A DNA stretch of 64,000 bases from Mobula hypostoma (Eukaryota), in assembly GCF_963921235.1 (NCBI RefSeq), contig NC_086109.1, forward strand, positions 32,304,001-32,368,000, in the 5' to 3' direction. The stretch's first letter is position 1, and each line of letters begins with the position of its first letter. Under the pieces are notes generated by a model. The model saw only the letters and a list, made by a program, of their open reading frames with translations, was not told the origin of the DNA and searched no databases. This document shows, piece by piece, positions 36,421-49,885 of this stretch. The position numbers and the translations under genes were made by a program.

Positions 36421-37666
36421 CAAGAGCTAAAATTCAAGAACTTCAATCCAAATAAAGTTTTTAAACTTAAGAAAAGTTACGTTTTGCAAACAAAGCAGGG
36501 GATTTGGCACACCTCTATAGATCCTTGAAACTTGCACAGCGTTGAGACTTAGTAACTTGCAAGAAAACATTAGGACACTCAAAAAAAGGCTGCTGGATGA
36601 ACTCGGGTTAAGCGGCATCGAACTGGGATCTGCACCCGCATCAACACATACATCTTGCCCCTAAAGATGCTGCTTGACTCGGTGAGTTCTTCCAGCAGTT
36701 TATTTTTTCTCTCTCTTCTAGATCACAACATCTGCATTCTCACAATTAGGATAAACGTTTGAAGGCTAAAGATTCCTCGCTCAAGGATTTCGTTTGTTTA
36801 CTATATTCATTGTTATTCTTTGATTAAAACCAAATATTATGCAAAATATGCCCTTGAAAAGGTGTGGAATTTCAAACTAATCTCATGATACAAGTTGTCC
36901 TTTTGCCAGTCTCTGCAATTAAAATGTAGATGAAATAAATAGTGTACAGCGGTGGTTCGGTTAACGCACTTCGTATTGCATTATGAGAAATGATCGGAGC
37001 GAATCCACATCTGCAAGAGAAACCTTATTACGATTTGAAGTGAAAATTCGATCCTATGATTTAGATTGATCAGTGTGCCGGGATAAAATACTACAATAAA
37101 AGATGTAAAACAATCAAATTTTATGTGTTTAATATACCCAGTTGCAGAACACTTCAACAGTGTGTTTTCGAACTGTCACTTCGAATGGTTTGTGTAAAGC
37201 AATGTATTTTTAAATTCTTTCCCTACCACGGTGAATGAAATTGCGTTCATTGAGTGGCACGTCAACATATAAGCACCACACAGGTTGAAATTGCTTTAGA
37301 GTAGGCAGAATCCTTCCTACTAATTTCCAAGTAACAATCCAAATTAAATCAGATTAATAATCATGTTGGATGTTTAATTGGCTATTGAAGTGTAAGATCC
37401 ATTTTCATTTACTATCTTGTCAGTATAGTTTAAATTGCATGTATTAAACATGGATTAACGTTTTTCAAGTTTTTTTTGGGTTACAAATGTATTAGTAATT
37501 GATTCATTTTTGCCTCAGGCACTCTAGGAAACATGACCAGCCTCAGTTTTATATATTTTCATAAACTGAGTGTTACATTTTACTGAGGTAATTAAGAATT
37601 AAAATTGGTTCAGTTATTTTGTATTCGAGAATGACAGTATCACGAATAGCATACCATGCCAACATT

Positions 37667-37756
37667 CATCAGTCCTGACAAAGGGTCTCTGCCACTGTGC
37701 TTCTTCCTATGGATGCTGTCTGGCCTGCTGCGTTCCAGCAGCCTTTTGTGTGTGTT
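37667..37756 (+). mobile_element. 90-bp Penelope terminus micro-insertion with perfect TSD
   Basis: 12-bp TSD catgccaacatt at 37655-37666 and 37757-37768. It begins at a broken hammerhead (agtcctgacaaagggtctc). Confidence 0.85.
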
Positions 37757-38282
37757 CATGCCAACATTATCAGAAATGGAAGGGCTGTATTATTTGACAC
37801 AAATAAAAATTGAAAATACCGGAAAATGTATTTAACATTCCTGGTCCAAGACTCAATCTTAACTGTTTATTATTTTTCTCTTTCCTCAGATGCTGCTTTG
37901 CCAACAGTTTCTGTTTTTTTTAATTTCAGATTTCCCGTAATTGCAATTTTTAGATTTTTGTTACATACTACAATTCTTTCATAACTTGCAGTGCAAGGGA
38001 CTTCTCTTACTGTGTTTGCTTTTGTTACTGACATTCACACCAGACTGGCACTAGCTTGAATCTCAGAAAAAATTCACTCACACTGCAGATGACTTGCTGC
38101 TGTCAAGGGTTGTTCGCGCATTATTTCTATCTTGTACTCTTCCACACAAATCTGTAACATGCTGCCTTATGCACTTACGGTTCTCCATGAAAACATTTGC
38201 TTTATCCCTTCCAACACACTAAAACACTTAATTCTTTTTTATTTGGTTATTACTGATTTGATGCAATCAATATAGTTCAAAG

Positions 38283-39379
38283 AAGTTGCAAGAAAAGGTT
38301 TGTGAACCCTTTGCAATTACCTGGTTTTCTGCATTAATTACTCATAATATACAGTCTGATCTTCATCTAAGTAACAGATAAATGCAATCTGCTTAAACTA
38401 AATACACACAAACAAATGTACTTTTCATGCCTGTATTGAACACATTGTGTAATCATTCACAGTCCAGGCTGGAAAAAGGATATGAAGCCTTGTATTTAAT
38501 AACAGGTAGAAACCCTAGCAAACATTTCTTGTAGTTGCTTATCAGACTTGCACATGCTGAGGAGGAACAATAGACTATTCCTCCAGACAAAACGGTTTCA
38601 TTTCACCAGTATATCTGGGATACTTTACATGAACAGTCCTTTTCAGGTCATGCCACAGCATCTCAATTAGTTTAAGGTCTGGACTCCAATTTGGCCATTT
38701 GTTTTTAAGCTATTCCATTGTGAATTTACTTTTATCTTTCAGATCATTGTCTTGTTGCATCATCCAACTTCTATTAAGCTTCAGGTGACGGATCAGTCTC
38801 CTGTAAAATGTCTTGATACAATTCTGACTTCATTGTTCCCTCAATGACTGCAAACTGTCCAGGCCCTGAGGCAGCAAAGCAGCCCCAAACCATGATGCTT
38901 CTGTCACCATGCTGCGCAGTTGGAATGAGATTTTGGTGTTGGTGTGCAGTGCTCTTTTTCCTCCAAACATAACGCTGTGCATTTCTGCCGAAAAGTTCAA
39001 CCTTTGTCTCACCTGTCCACAGAACATTGTGGAACATCCAAATGGTCTTTGCAGCAATTTTTTTTGCAGAGTAGTGGTTTCCTCTGTAATGTCCTTCCAT
39101 GAACACCATTCTTGTAAAATGTTTTTCTTAGTGGACACATGAACAGAGACTTTAGCAAGTTCTAGAGATTTCTGCAGGTCTTTTGCTGTTAGAAAAAACA
39201 TTACCCCACAGGTTCAAATATTTTTTGAACCTAGACTGTGATTGTTGAAATGGCAGACTCAGTATTGACAAGAAGTACTATAATTGTGTTAGTCTATCAT
39301 TGTGACTTAGATGAAATTCTTACCACATTTTGAGTAATTAATGCAGAAAGATAGGTTCACAAGCTTTATCTTGCATCTG
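38283..39379 (-). mobile_element. Decayed, internally deleted Tc1 transposon (third family)
   Basis: TIRs agttgcaagaaaaggtttgtgaacc / ggttcacaagctttatcttgcatctg. NVLWTGETKVELFGRNAQRYVWRKK..HG..SIMVWGCFAASGPG. Confidence 0.88.
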
Positions 39380-40209
39380 TATATTGATTAGTACTAAACA
39401 GATATGCATCGTAAATGGCAACAACAGTATTGTTTACAAAGTTTTTGCCAGTTTCAGATACACTTAAAATGACAGACTGGTCAATTTCTCCCGCCAGTTT
39501 CTTTAGCAAACGAAACAGAAGTTTTCTCATCAAATACCAAATTTGAAGGTATGCCTATTAATTTGGAAATCATTGTTATGGTTGCAAAACCTTTAGCATG
39601 TATCTGAGTTGATAATAAATTTACTTTGAACTTTGCCTGTAATGTTGACATCTTCATGGTAGTAAAATAATTAGAACAGAATTACACACTGGTTAAAGAC
39701 TAAGATTATAGGTTGAAAAAAGAAAAAAAAACAAAAACTGAAGAAATAAGAGGTGAAGTTGCAAAAAATCTTAAAGATATGCAGCTTTTTTAAACTTAAT
39801 GACATCTACAGACCTTGAATATTCCAAAATAGTTAAAAAACTAAATTCTAATAATGGGGCTTCTTTATAAAAACTTAAGTCAATGAAATATACAAGTATT
39901 GAGAAAAATAAACTTTTGCAAGGAAAATTTTTAGAAAGTCATCAGAAATGTAAAGACATTGCAAAATCAGAATATTGACTAATGAGCAGTATGATAAGTT
40001 GCATTATCAATTCAACCAATTTCCCCTGGGATCAATAAAGTATGACTATGACTATTAACAAATAACACAGTGAACAGGCACAACAGTAGGTCACAAAGCT
40101 TTTCAAGCCTATTCTGCCATTTGACAATACCCTAAATTGAGAAGGCTGCGATCAATGAAATACTGTTGCGATTGATACTTGACCTTAAATATTTATAATC
40201 TCTGTCAAC

Positions 40210-41800
40210 CACTTAGCTAAGGCGACCAAATGCCTAAATTTGTTGATGAAATAAATATAGACACAATTGTGAGTACCAAGAAAGACGCAAATGTGCTTTG
40301 GAAATATGAACTAGCTGAATGAATGGACCACAACTTGGAAGATGTAATATCATGTGGAAAAATGTGAATTTGTCCACCTGGTCCCTCAAACCTGCCACAC
40401 CATTCAATATGAACATGGCTTATCTATGCTGGCCTCAGTACTGTGAACTTCTGTACCATTCCCTATAAACTTCAATTCCTCAATCTTACCAAAGATTTAT
40501 CTATCTCCTCATTGAATATATCCAATGACCTAGCTTGCACCATACTTTGGGGGTAGAGAATTCCTGCAAATCACTAACATCCAAAAGAACAAATTTCCAC
40601 CAATCCCAGCTTTAAATGATTGCCCCCCCCCCCCCATTATTGCAGATTTATCTTCTTGTTCATGATTCTCACATTTATGAGAATCTCAGCATCTACTCTT
40701 TGAAATCTGTTTAGGATTGTAAAGATTTGAATTAGGTTATTCCTCATTCTTTGAATACAGAGCCAAACTATCTAACCCCTCTTAATTCTCCCAGAAATTA
40801 GCCTGCTGAATCTCCTTTAAACTCCAAAGCTTCTCTATCCGTTTTTTTTTAATTTAGAGATCGTGCAGAACAGGCCCTTCTGGCCAATGAGCCAAACTGC
40901 CCAAAAATCCACCTATTAATAGAGAATTTACAATAACCAATTAACCTAGTAGCCAGTAGGTCTTTGGAATGTGGGAGGAAACTGGAGCACCAGAAGTAAA
41001 CTTCACATTCACGGCAGGGACTCCAATGCGCAGTAGTGTCGCGCCAGCTGTAACATTACCGTGGTGCCCTAAACATTTGTTTGAATAGGGATAAAAACTG
41101 CTAAGTACCCGATGCAACTACTTTAAAAAACTTTAAATCCTAACGTTTTTTGCAGTGAGGCCAAAATGCTGTTTACTTCGGAATGATTTGTTGGGATCTG
41201 GGTGTGTTTATATACAAGTAACTAAAAAACCAACATGCACATCCAACAGATTATTAGGAAGGCAAATGTAAGCAAAAGCGAGATTATCTGATGCACTGGT
41301 AAGGAAATGTTATCACAATTGTGTGTAGCTGTGGTTCATATTCTTGCTCTCCTTGCACAAGAAATAATGTACTTGTTTCAGAAGGAGTGAGACAAAGATT
41401 CACTAGAGTAGTTCCAGAGATGGCAGGTTTGCTTTATGAGTAGAGATAGATTAGGACCTTTCTCTGTGGAGCTAAGAATGAAAAAAGACACATTGATACT
41501 TACTAAGTTGTTAAACGGTTTGACACTAGACGAAGGGAGGATGTTACCTTTCATTGAGGTATCCAGACCAGGAGAACAGTTTGAGAATAAAAGGCAAGGT
41601 ATTTACATCTGAGATAAAGTAAAATGCTGTCACTTGTCTGACAGCGAATCTTCGAAATGTTCTGCCCCGGAAGCCTATGGAGGTTCATTTGCTGAACTCA
41701 TACAAAACTGAGATTGATTGCTTTCTATGTATTGAGGTAATAATTCTCAGATGGAAGATCAACCATAATCTTGAATGATGGAGGAGGCTCAAAGACTCAG
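40210..41800. mobile_element. Nested old CR1 fragments: a plus-strand copy interrupted by a minus-strand CR1 3' end, which itself contains a SINE
   Basis: KFVDE..W...Y.VEKCEFVH at 40230-40385 resumes at ~41193 (RDLGV-like) after reverse-oriented CR1 3' sequence. Confidence 0.6.
40845..41070 (-). mobile_element. tRNA-derived V-SINE/HE1-like SINE (partial)
   Basis: Core ggtgctccagtttcctcccacattccaaaga on the minus strand; similar to 50935-51222. Confidence 0.7.
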
Positions 41801-42059
41801 ATTAACAATTCATGTTCATAATTCGTACATTAGCTTTTACCTCAGGCCTTTTTTTTTGCCCCATTTCCATTTTCCAAGGTCGTCCAACATAAAGGTTTCC
41901 AAAGATTCATAAACCTCAAGAAAAAAATACCTTTTAACATCAAGCCTAAATATGCAACCCATTATCCTGGAATATGCCCTAGCTTAGACTCATTGGCCAA
42001 TGTTTAAATGTGATCACTTCTATTCTTCTAAACTGCAAAGTTTTGACATCTAATTCAGT

Positions 42060-42310
42060 CTTTATTTATTACGATACAGTGCAGAATGGGCCTTTCGAGC
42101 CACACCGCCCAGCAACCCACCTGTTTAACTCTAACCTAATCAGGAGATAAGTTACAACGATCAATTAACCTACTAACTGGTAAACCTTTGGACTGTGGGA
42201 GACCAGACCACCTGGAGGAAACCCACGGAATCACGGGGAGAATATAAAAACTTCACAAACAGCAGTGGTAATGCAAAGTGTGCACTAACCACTATGTTAC
42301 CATGCCACCC
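42060..42310 (-). mobile_element. tRNA-derived V-SINE/HE1-like SINE
   Basis: Minus-strand ggtggcatggtaacatagtggttagtgca head, ctccccgtgattccgtgggtttcctccagg core and (taaa)n tail. Confidence 0.7.
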
Positions 42311-43289
42311 CGTTTATTTGACAGACCTCTTGTTCCAGGAATCATTCCAAATATCGCTTATTGTTCTGGCTTCTAGTTAGTTATATTCTTTCTGAAACAT
42401 AGAATCCAAAAGTACCCAAAGGTCCAAAGCAGGGTTAGTAAACCTCTGTACAATTGTAACAAGATACTTGTATTCACGTATTCCAAGCCTCCTGCAGTAA
42501 AGGCCTTGCTTTCCTAATTGCTTGCTATTTCCACTTATTAATTTTGCGATTCATTTACAACATTTCCAAATTTCTTTGGAGACCGGCATTTAAAAACAAT
42601 GTTTACAAGTTAAACTGTATACATGTATTATTTTGAGCATTTGAAATTTATTTTACTGGAGTGATGACCATCTCTGAGTCATTTAGGACTTGACTAAAAT
42701 TTAACTGGGATTTCTAGATATTTCACCTCTATGCATCTGGCACCATATCTATATCAAGAACAGAAGAGTTTGGTTGGAGATAAATTGATCATATCATGAC
42801 CAATCCAAACCTGAATTACTTCTCATTTTTCTTCACACCTGACCCAACCAAGAGTGGTCGAGGAAATAACAGTTCACTGTGGTGATAGGGTGCAAAGAAG
42901 CAACTTGCTTTGTCGTGGATGATGGAGAGAGATAATTATGTGGACACTAAACAAAATCAGCCAATATATCCATATGCAAGTTGAAAGAAAACAGAAGTTT
43001 ATTCCATTTAGCACATTTTGTACATCCTGTTTCATTGTGGAGAGGTTATAAAAATGATTAAATTCACAACTAGTTTTCATGACAATTACTCATGTCATCA
43101 ATAACTTTATGGAGTGTCCAACTGAAGTTAATTATTAATATATACAAGTGATTTAAATGTTCAAAATCTATAATGAATGACTATCCTTCATAAACATGCA
43201 TGTACTATTCAAAATTTTCATTTTAACAAATAGAATATGTCTCCATTTGTCTCTCCTCAACAGCATGTGTTTACTGGGTGGTCTCAGAG

Positions 43290-43366
43290 CTACAATGATG
43301 TTTCCTTGGGTGTTCTGTTTAGACTTGATACAGGAAGAAATGTCATCACCTCCTGAAATGCATGCC
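43290..43366 (-). CDS. MAPK13: p38 MAP kinase (MAPK13 by synteny), terminal coding exon: (R)HAFQEVMTFLPVSSLNRTPKETSL*
   Basis: Acceptor gtttttag|GG, phase matches the preceding exon, TAG at 43292-43290. Candidate AATAAA at 43003-42998. Confidence 0.85.
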
Positions 43367-43642
43367 CTAAAAACAACAGCATTCTATTAAATGCCTTTCT
43401 GGTGTACAAACATAAAATTTAACATTTTGCATCTAAGCATTATAATTAATTTGCATACTTTCAAAGTTTTGATTAAATGAATCCTTGATGATTTTTGCTT
43501 TGTTAATGTCCCATAAATTGCTAAGTGCATTAAAAAGCACAAATTCTGGAATATGGTATTATTTCTGCAATTGTTTCAGTAAATACAAAGTTTATAAAAT
43601 GTGAAATTAAGTGGCATTACTAAATATTCTATATTCACTTAC

Positions 43643-43816
43643 TTTTCCACATATCAATGGACAATGTCATCTGATCCAAAGAATCATCAAATGGCTCTGA
43701 TTTAGTCTCATCTTCGGGCTCTCTGAATGGTTCAAAGTAGGGATGACTCAGAGCTTCAGCAGCTGATAACCGTTTGTCTGCATCCAATGCTAACATTTTC
43801 TCCAGGAGGTCCAAAG
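43643..43816 (-). CDS. MAPK13: p38 MAP kinase exon (174 nt): (A)[57 protein letters not shown]
   Basis: ttttag|CT...AAAA|gtaagt; kinase subdomain XI plus the common-docking region. Confidence 0.93.
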
Positions 43817-43882
43817 CTAAAATAAATTAATTGATATTTAAAAAGGAGAGAGAATTTTCACCTCTTCATTCAAAAGTAACCA

Positions 43883-44401
43883 TCAGTGGCCACTTTATTA
43901 GGTACACCTGTACACCTCGTTAATGCAAATATCTCATCATGCCAGCAACTCAATGCATAAAAACATGTAGACATGGTCAAGAGGTTCAGTTGTTGTTGAT
44001 ACCAAACATTGGAATGGGGAAGAAATGTGATCTAAGGCTCTATGATCATGGAATGTGTTGGTGCCAGATGGGGTGGTTTGAGTATCTCAGAAACTGCTGA
44101 TCTCCTGGGATATTTACATACAACAGTCTCTACCATTTACAGGGAATGGTGCAAAATACAAAATAACTGTTATTTGGGCAAAATACCTTTTTAATGAGAG
44201 AGGTTAGAGGAGAATGGCCAGACTGGTTCAAGCTGATAGGAAGGCAATAGTAACTCAAATAACCGTTACAACAGTGGTGCACAGAAAATGCACAATAGAT
44301 CAAACCTCAAGGCTGATGTGCTACAGCTAAAGATCTCAAACATGCACTCAGTGGCCACATTATTAGATACAGGAGGTACCTAATAAAGTGGCAACTGAGT
44401 G
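43883..44401. mobile_element. Non-autonomous Tc1-like element
   Basis: cagtggccactttattaggtac ... gtacctaataaagtggcaactgagtg|TA. An extra TIR copy at ~44345 makes a terminal mini-palindrome. Confidence 0.75.
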
Positions 44402-44439
44402 TATATCTGTGCAGCTTATATTTATTTCTCCAAGTTATA

Positions 44440-46790
44440 AATCTCTGGATTACTCCACATGCCATGTGCCAGTCAGGGCAGGAACGATGACAGTAGAGAT
44501 GAGAGAGTGGCTGAGGATCTGGTACAGGGGACAAGCTTTTAGTTTCTTAGATCATTGGAACCTTTCTGTGGCAGAGATGACCTATACAAGAAGGATGGGT
44601 TGCACCTGAACTGGAGAGGAACTAATATCCTGGCTGGGAGGTTCACTAGTGGTGGGAGGGTGTAATCTAGTTTGGCAGGGGGATGGGAACAGAAAGTGGA
44701 AGGATGACGAAGTAGTAGATGTCAGGGCCAGTAAAAAAAAAAGGCAGATACAAATTAATAGATACAATGGGACGGATAGTTTTGAAGTATGTGTATTTTA
44801 ATGCTAAGCATATTTTGGTTAAGTGTGATGAACTTAGAGCATGGATCAGTACATGGAACTATGATGTACTGACTATTACGGACACTTGGTTGAGAGAGAG
44901 TGGGTGCTTAATGTCCTAGGGTTTTGATATTTTAGAAAAGAGAGAGAGGGAGGTAAAGGGGGAGGGGGACAAGTTGCATTACTAATCAGAGACAATATCA
45001 TAGCTGCACTCTGAGGGGACATAATGGAGGGATCATCCACTGAGTATATGGGTAGAACTCAAAAATAGGAAAGGTGCAATCACTCTGATGGAATTATGCT
45101 ACAGACACCCAATAGCCACTGGGACATTGAGGAACAGATGAGCAGGCAGATTAAGGAAAGGTGTAAAAACATTAGTTGTTGTCATGGGGGATTTCAACTT
45201 CCCTAAAATAATCTGGGATCTTCCAAGTGCAAGAGGTTTAGATGAGGCAGAATTTGTTAGGTGCATCCAGGAGGGTTTCTTAAATCAATATGTACCTTGT
45301 CCAACAAGAGGAGGAGCTGTACTGGACATGCTGGGTAATGAGCCTGGCCAGATGACTGACCTCTCAGTGGCTAAGTAATTAGGGAACAGTGATCACACCT
45401 CCTTTATTTTTATGATAAAGTAAAGTATGGACCTTGCAGAAGCGTGATAAATTTAAGCAGGGCAAATTACGATAGAATTAGGCAGGAACTAAGCAGAGTT
45501 AATTGGGACCAGCAGTTTCAGGGCAACAACGGAGGGTGTTTAAGACAAATTGCACAAGCATGTTCCACCTAGAAAGAAGTACAAGGAATTCAAGGTAAGG
45601 AAACATTGGATGTCAAGAGAGATGATGAATTTAGTCAAGAAGAAAAGGGAAAAGTATGTAATGCTTCAGAAGCTAGAATCAAGCAGAGGATTATCAAGAT
45701 GGGTGGAATAGTAAGTTTGCAGATATTACGAAGATCAGGAGTGTTGTGTGTAGTGTGGAAGACTAGCAAAGAATACAGGGGGGTCTAGATCAGATGCAGA
45801 AATGGCAGATGGAACTTAACCCAGACAAATGTGAAATAATTACATCTTAGTAGGTCAAACGTAAAGAGACAGTACACTATTAAGGGCAGCAGTGTTGATG
45901 AACAGAGGGATCTTGGGGTCCAAATTGATAGCTCCCTGAAAGTGGCTACACAGGTTGATAAGGCATCTGGCATGTTTGCCTTTATTAGTCCAGGCATTGA
46001 GTTCAAAAGTGAGGAAGTTGCTGTATGTTGTAAATTTATAGAACTCTATTTAGGCCGCACCTGGAGTATTGCATACAATTCCGGTCTCTCCATTATCGGA
46101 AGGATGTCGAAGCATTGGAAATGGTGCAGAAGACATTTACCAGAATACTACATGGATTAAAGGGAAAGTGCTATAACAAGAAGCCAGCCGGTGGCGTAGT
46201 GGCATCCGCACCAGACTTCGAGGCAGGTGGTCCCGGATTTGAATCCAGCCGGCCCCTTGCACACCTTCCATCTGTGTTGGGTTGAGCATCGTGCCAGCAA
46301 CTTGGCCTCATAAAAATACAAACAAGGAAACAGCAAGGTTGCCACCCGATGTGCCACAAGGCATGGAGAGGAACAACAAGTGTACCAAGAGGCTGGATTT
46401 GTATTCTCTGGAGAGTTGGAGACTGAGGGGAGTTTTGATAGAGGATTTTGAGATTGTGGGAGGCACAGATAGACAATATCTTTTTCCAGGGTTGAATTGT
46501 CTAATACCAGAGGTCATGCATTTAAGGTGTGAGGGGCAAGTTTATTACACAGGGCGCAGGGTGCCTGGAACATGCTACCTGGGGTGGTGATAGACGCAGA
46601 TACATAAGGAGCTTTTAAGAGGCATTTAGATAGGCACATGCCTGTGAGGAAAATGGATGGATATGGACATTGTGTAAGCAGAAGTGAGATTAGTTGGCCA
46701 TTTGATTACTAATTTAATTGATTTGTCACAACATTGTGGGCTGTAGAGCCTTTTCCTGTACTATACTGGTTTATGGTCTATTTTCTATGT
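44440..46790 (+). mobile_element. Decayed, multiply deleted CR1 LINE (ORF1 end, APE, RT C-terminus, 3' tail)
   Basis: SFLDHW..DGLHLN, YFNAKHI..K.DELRAWI, MGDFNFPKI.W, PTRGGAVLD, QRDLGV and a (ttctatg)n tail. Confidence 0.85.
46183..46375 (+). mobile_element. CpG-rich (young) tRNA-derived SINE inserted in the CR1
   Basis: A-box-like ggtggcgtagtgg, B-box-like gatttgaatcc and an (aac)n tail; it interrupts the CR1 frame. Confidence 0.7.
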
Positions 46791-47347
46791 TCTATTTGTC
46801 TTCCAAAATATCTATTAAACTACATCCCTCTGTAGAAAGAGTCAACCCTGTTAATATGATTGTTATATCACAGTGGGCTACTTTGAGTGTTGTTACATTA
46901 TGAACCTATGCCATTAAACTCACATAAAAATTCCTAAGTTAAAGATTAGCTCAAGTGGAGACAGAGAGTCACTGACAAACCCATACATGCACCAGTGACT
47001 GGCTGCACTGCCATAAGTAGCTCCAAATAATAGACAAAGTGGAAAAAAATGGAAATCCAAATGAAAGCCAAAATTTGTTTAAGACTTCAGTATATTTGTG
47101 TGGAAAGTTTACAGCCTTGCTGCACAGGTACATGGAGCTGAACATTGCCCATTCCCACTCTATCCATTATTTTTAGGATCGTGCAGTGAGTCACTCGTGC
47201 CTGTAGGGTTCCACTTTAGCAGATTCATAATTTCTCTTCAAATATTTTAATCTTCAATTCCTACTGGAGACACTCAATTGTATGTAAACTTATCAACCCT
47301 TCAAGATTGATGTAGTCATGGAAACAGGTCCTTCGGCCTGTGAAGTC

Positions 47348-47403
47348 CTTGTCATCCATCACCCTGTCATTCATCACCTTGTCATCCATCACCCTGTCAT
47401 TCA
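47348..47403. repeat. 15-bp tandem repeat (~3.7 units, alternating A/B) inside a decayed SINE
   Basis: cttgtcatccatcac cctgtcattcatcac cttgtcatccatcac cctgtcattca. Confidence 0.85.
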
Positions 47404-48883
47404 GTACAAATCCCATTTTATTCTCCCAGCATTTCCATTAAATGTCCCACAGATTCCAGCATGCCTCTACAATTTAGGGACAATTTATGATAGTCAATTA
47501 ACTAACCAACTAATGGGTCTTTGACGTGTAGGGGGAAACTGGATCACTTGAGATGGGGAACCTATGTGGTTAAAAGGAAAAACATGAAAAATTCCAGAGA
47601 CAGCATGAGAGTCAGGATCATTGGAGCTGAGAAACGGAGGCTCTACCAATGGCATTATTATGCCACTCTGATTATCTTGCTGTAGGAAGAGTAGTCATAG
47701 AAATAAACATCAGGTCTCAAACCTTACAATGGCATAAAACAGTGTATTTTGAGGAAGGCACCCAGAGTGCTTTGGGAATGTTCCCTCATCCAAATCCTGA
47801 TAAAATTACCTAGTAAATTCTAGAAATGCTCCAAATCAGGCAGAATCTGCAGAGATAATAGGTAATATTTCAGATCAATGATCTTTCTTCGGATGATTTG
47901 TAATTTACATTCCTTACACACTTAGAGAATTTCTAACACTTTCTGCTTTATTTCTGAATTCTGTGGTCTGCAGAATCTTGCTTTAGATCCACTTTAGGTC
48001 CGTGCAAGATATATCCACAGACACCAGCTTGCAATTTAAAGACTGGTTTATGCAGAGACAAGTCTCTGCTTACAAGGGCAAAATCTCACCACAAATTTCT
48101 AATTATTTGGATAAATTTAGATTTACTTTAACAATAGGGGAAACCTGTAAATACATGCTGTCATTGTTTATGAATTGATTATGATTATAAAAATTAAAAA
48201 CTGTAGATACTGGAAACAGTTAGGTCAGGCAGCATCTGTGGAAAAAGAAACAGTTAAGATTCTAAGGTACAGAATCTTCCAGCTAAGCAACATGAATTCT
48301 GTGCAACCGAAAAGTGTTACTATTTTTAAATGGAACCATACCAGATTGCTCATGTTGAAACTTAGTGCAGTTACACAACATAACAATTTAAATATAGGTA
48401 AAAATGAGTTGAACAATTAACCCAGATTACTGTCATAAGTAAACATCTTCATCTACTGCTATTTGATATATTCCTAGACATATTGATATTTAAATATGAG
48501 TTCCTGATTTATGATTAGCTAGTGTCTGGCATGTGACGGAGTCAAGAACTACCTGTTGGATAACTACATTCACTTCTGAGTGTCAGCCTTGACTTAGTGA
48601 ATTAAGTGGATTTCTGCTCAATTCAGGAACAGATAGAATGTAAATTTCTATTGTGCTCTATACCTCCATATGCATTTACAATGAATAGTTTGCCAATAAT
48701 GGAAAGGATGCCAAATATACTCATATGGTTCCACTAAACCATTAAAAAGTTACAAAATTCCGATGAGCCTTTACCAAAACCTACATATTATGATGGCAAG
48801 TCTATCTCATGCATTAGCCAATGAAACTGAGCAATGACACTCAGAGCTAAAAGCTAATAAACAACTCCTCCAAATAGTGAAAT

Positions 48884-49885
48884 CATAAGACCATAAGACA
48901 GAGAAGCAGAATTAGGCTATTTTGGCCCATCGAGTCTACTCTGCCATTCAATCATGGCTGATCCCTTTTACCCCTCCTCAGCCCCACTCCCTGGCCTTCT
49001 CCCCGCAACCTTTGATGTCATGGCCAATACACCCAATGACCTGGTCTCCACAGCTGCCTGTGGTAACAAATTCCACAAATTCACCAACCTCTGGCTAAAG
49101 AAATTTCCCCACATCTGTTTTAAACAGACTTCCCTCTATCCTGAGGCTGTGCCCTCTTGTTCTAGACTCCCCCACCATGGGAAACATCCTTTCCACATCT
49201 ACTCTATCTAAGCCTTTCAACATTGGAAATGTTTCAATGAGATTCCACCCCCCCCATCCTTCTAAATTCCAGTGAGTACGTTCCTCGCATGATAACCCTT
49301 TCATTCCTGGAATCATCCTTGTGAGCCTCCTCTGAACCTTCAGCACATCTTTTCTTAGATAAAGAGCCCAAAACGGTTCACAATACTTAAGGTGAGGCCT
49401 CACTAATGCATTACAATGCCTCAGCATTACATCCTCGCTCTTATATTCTATACAGTACCTCTTGAAAACATTGCATTTGCCTTTCTCACCACCAACAACA
49501 TGCAAGTTAACCTTAAGGGTGTTCTGCACAAGGACTCCCAAGTCCCTTTGCATTTCTTGGACTTTTTGCCCGTTTAGAAAATAGTCTGGATGTTTATTTC
49601 TTCTACCAAAGTACATGACCTTACATTTTCCAACATGGTATTTCACTTGCCACTTGCTTGCCCATTCTCCTAATCTGTGCAAGTCCTTCTGTAACCTTCC
49701 TGTTTCCTCAACACTACCTGCCCCTCCACCAATCTTTGTATCATCTCCAAACTTGGCAACAAATTCCATCATCTAAATCATTGATATACAGCATAAAAAG
49801 CAGTCCCAACACCGACCCCTGCGGAGCACCACTAGTCACTGGCAGCAAACCAGAAAAGGAGCCTTTTATTCCCACTCACTGTACA
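48884..49885 (-). mobile_element. 5'-truncated CR1 (RT C-half plus 3'UTR), closely related to the 4729-8260 element
   Basis: FVAKFGDDTKIGGGAGSVEET..LQKDLHRLGEWA; tail (tcttatgg)n. Confidence 0.92.

Noticed and set aside
46183..46260. tRNA gene (also the SINE heads at ~51220 and ~42300)
   Set aside because: A/B boxes are present but there is no convincing cloverleaf, and each continues into a SINE body and tail.
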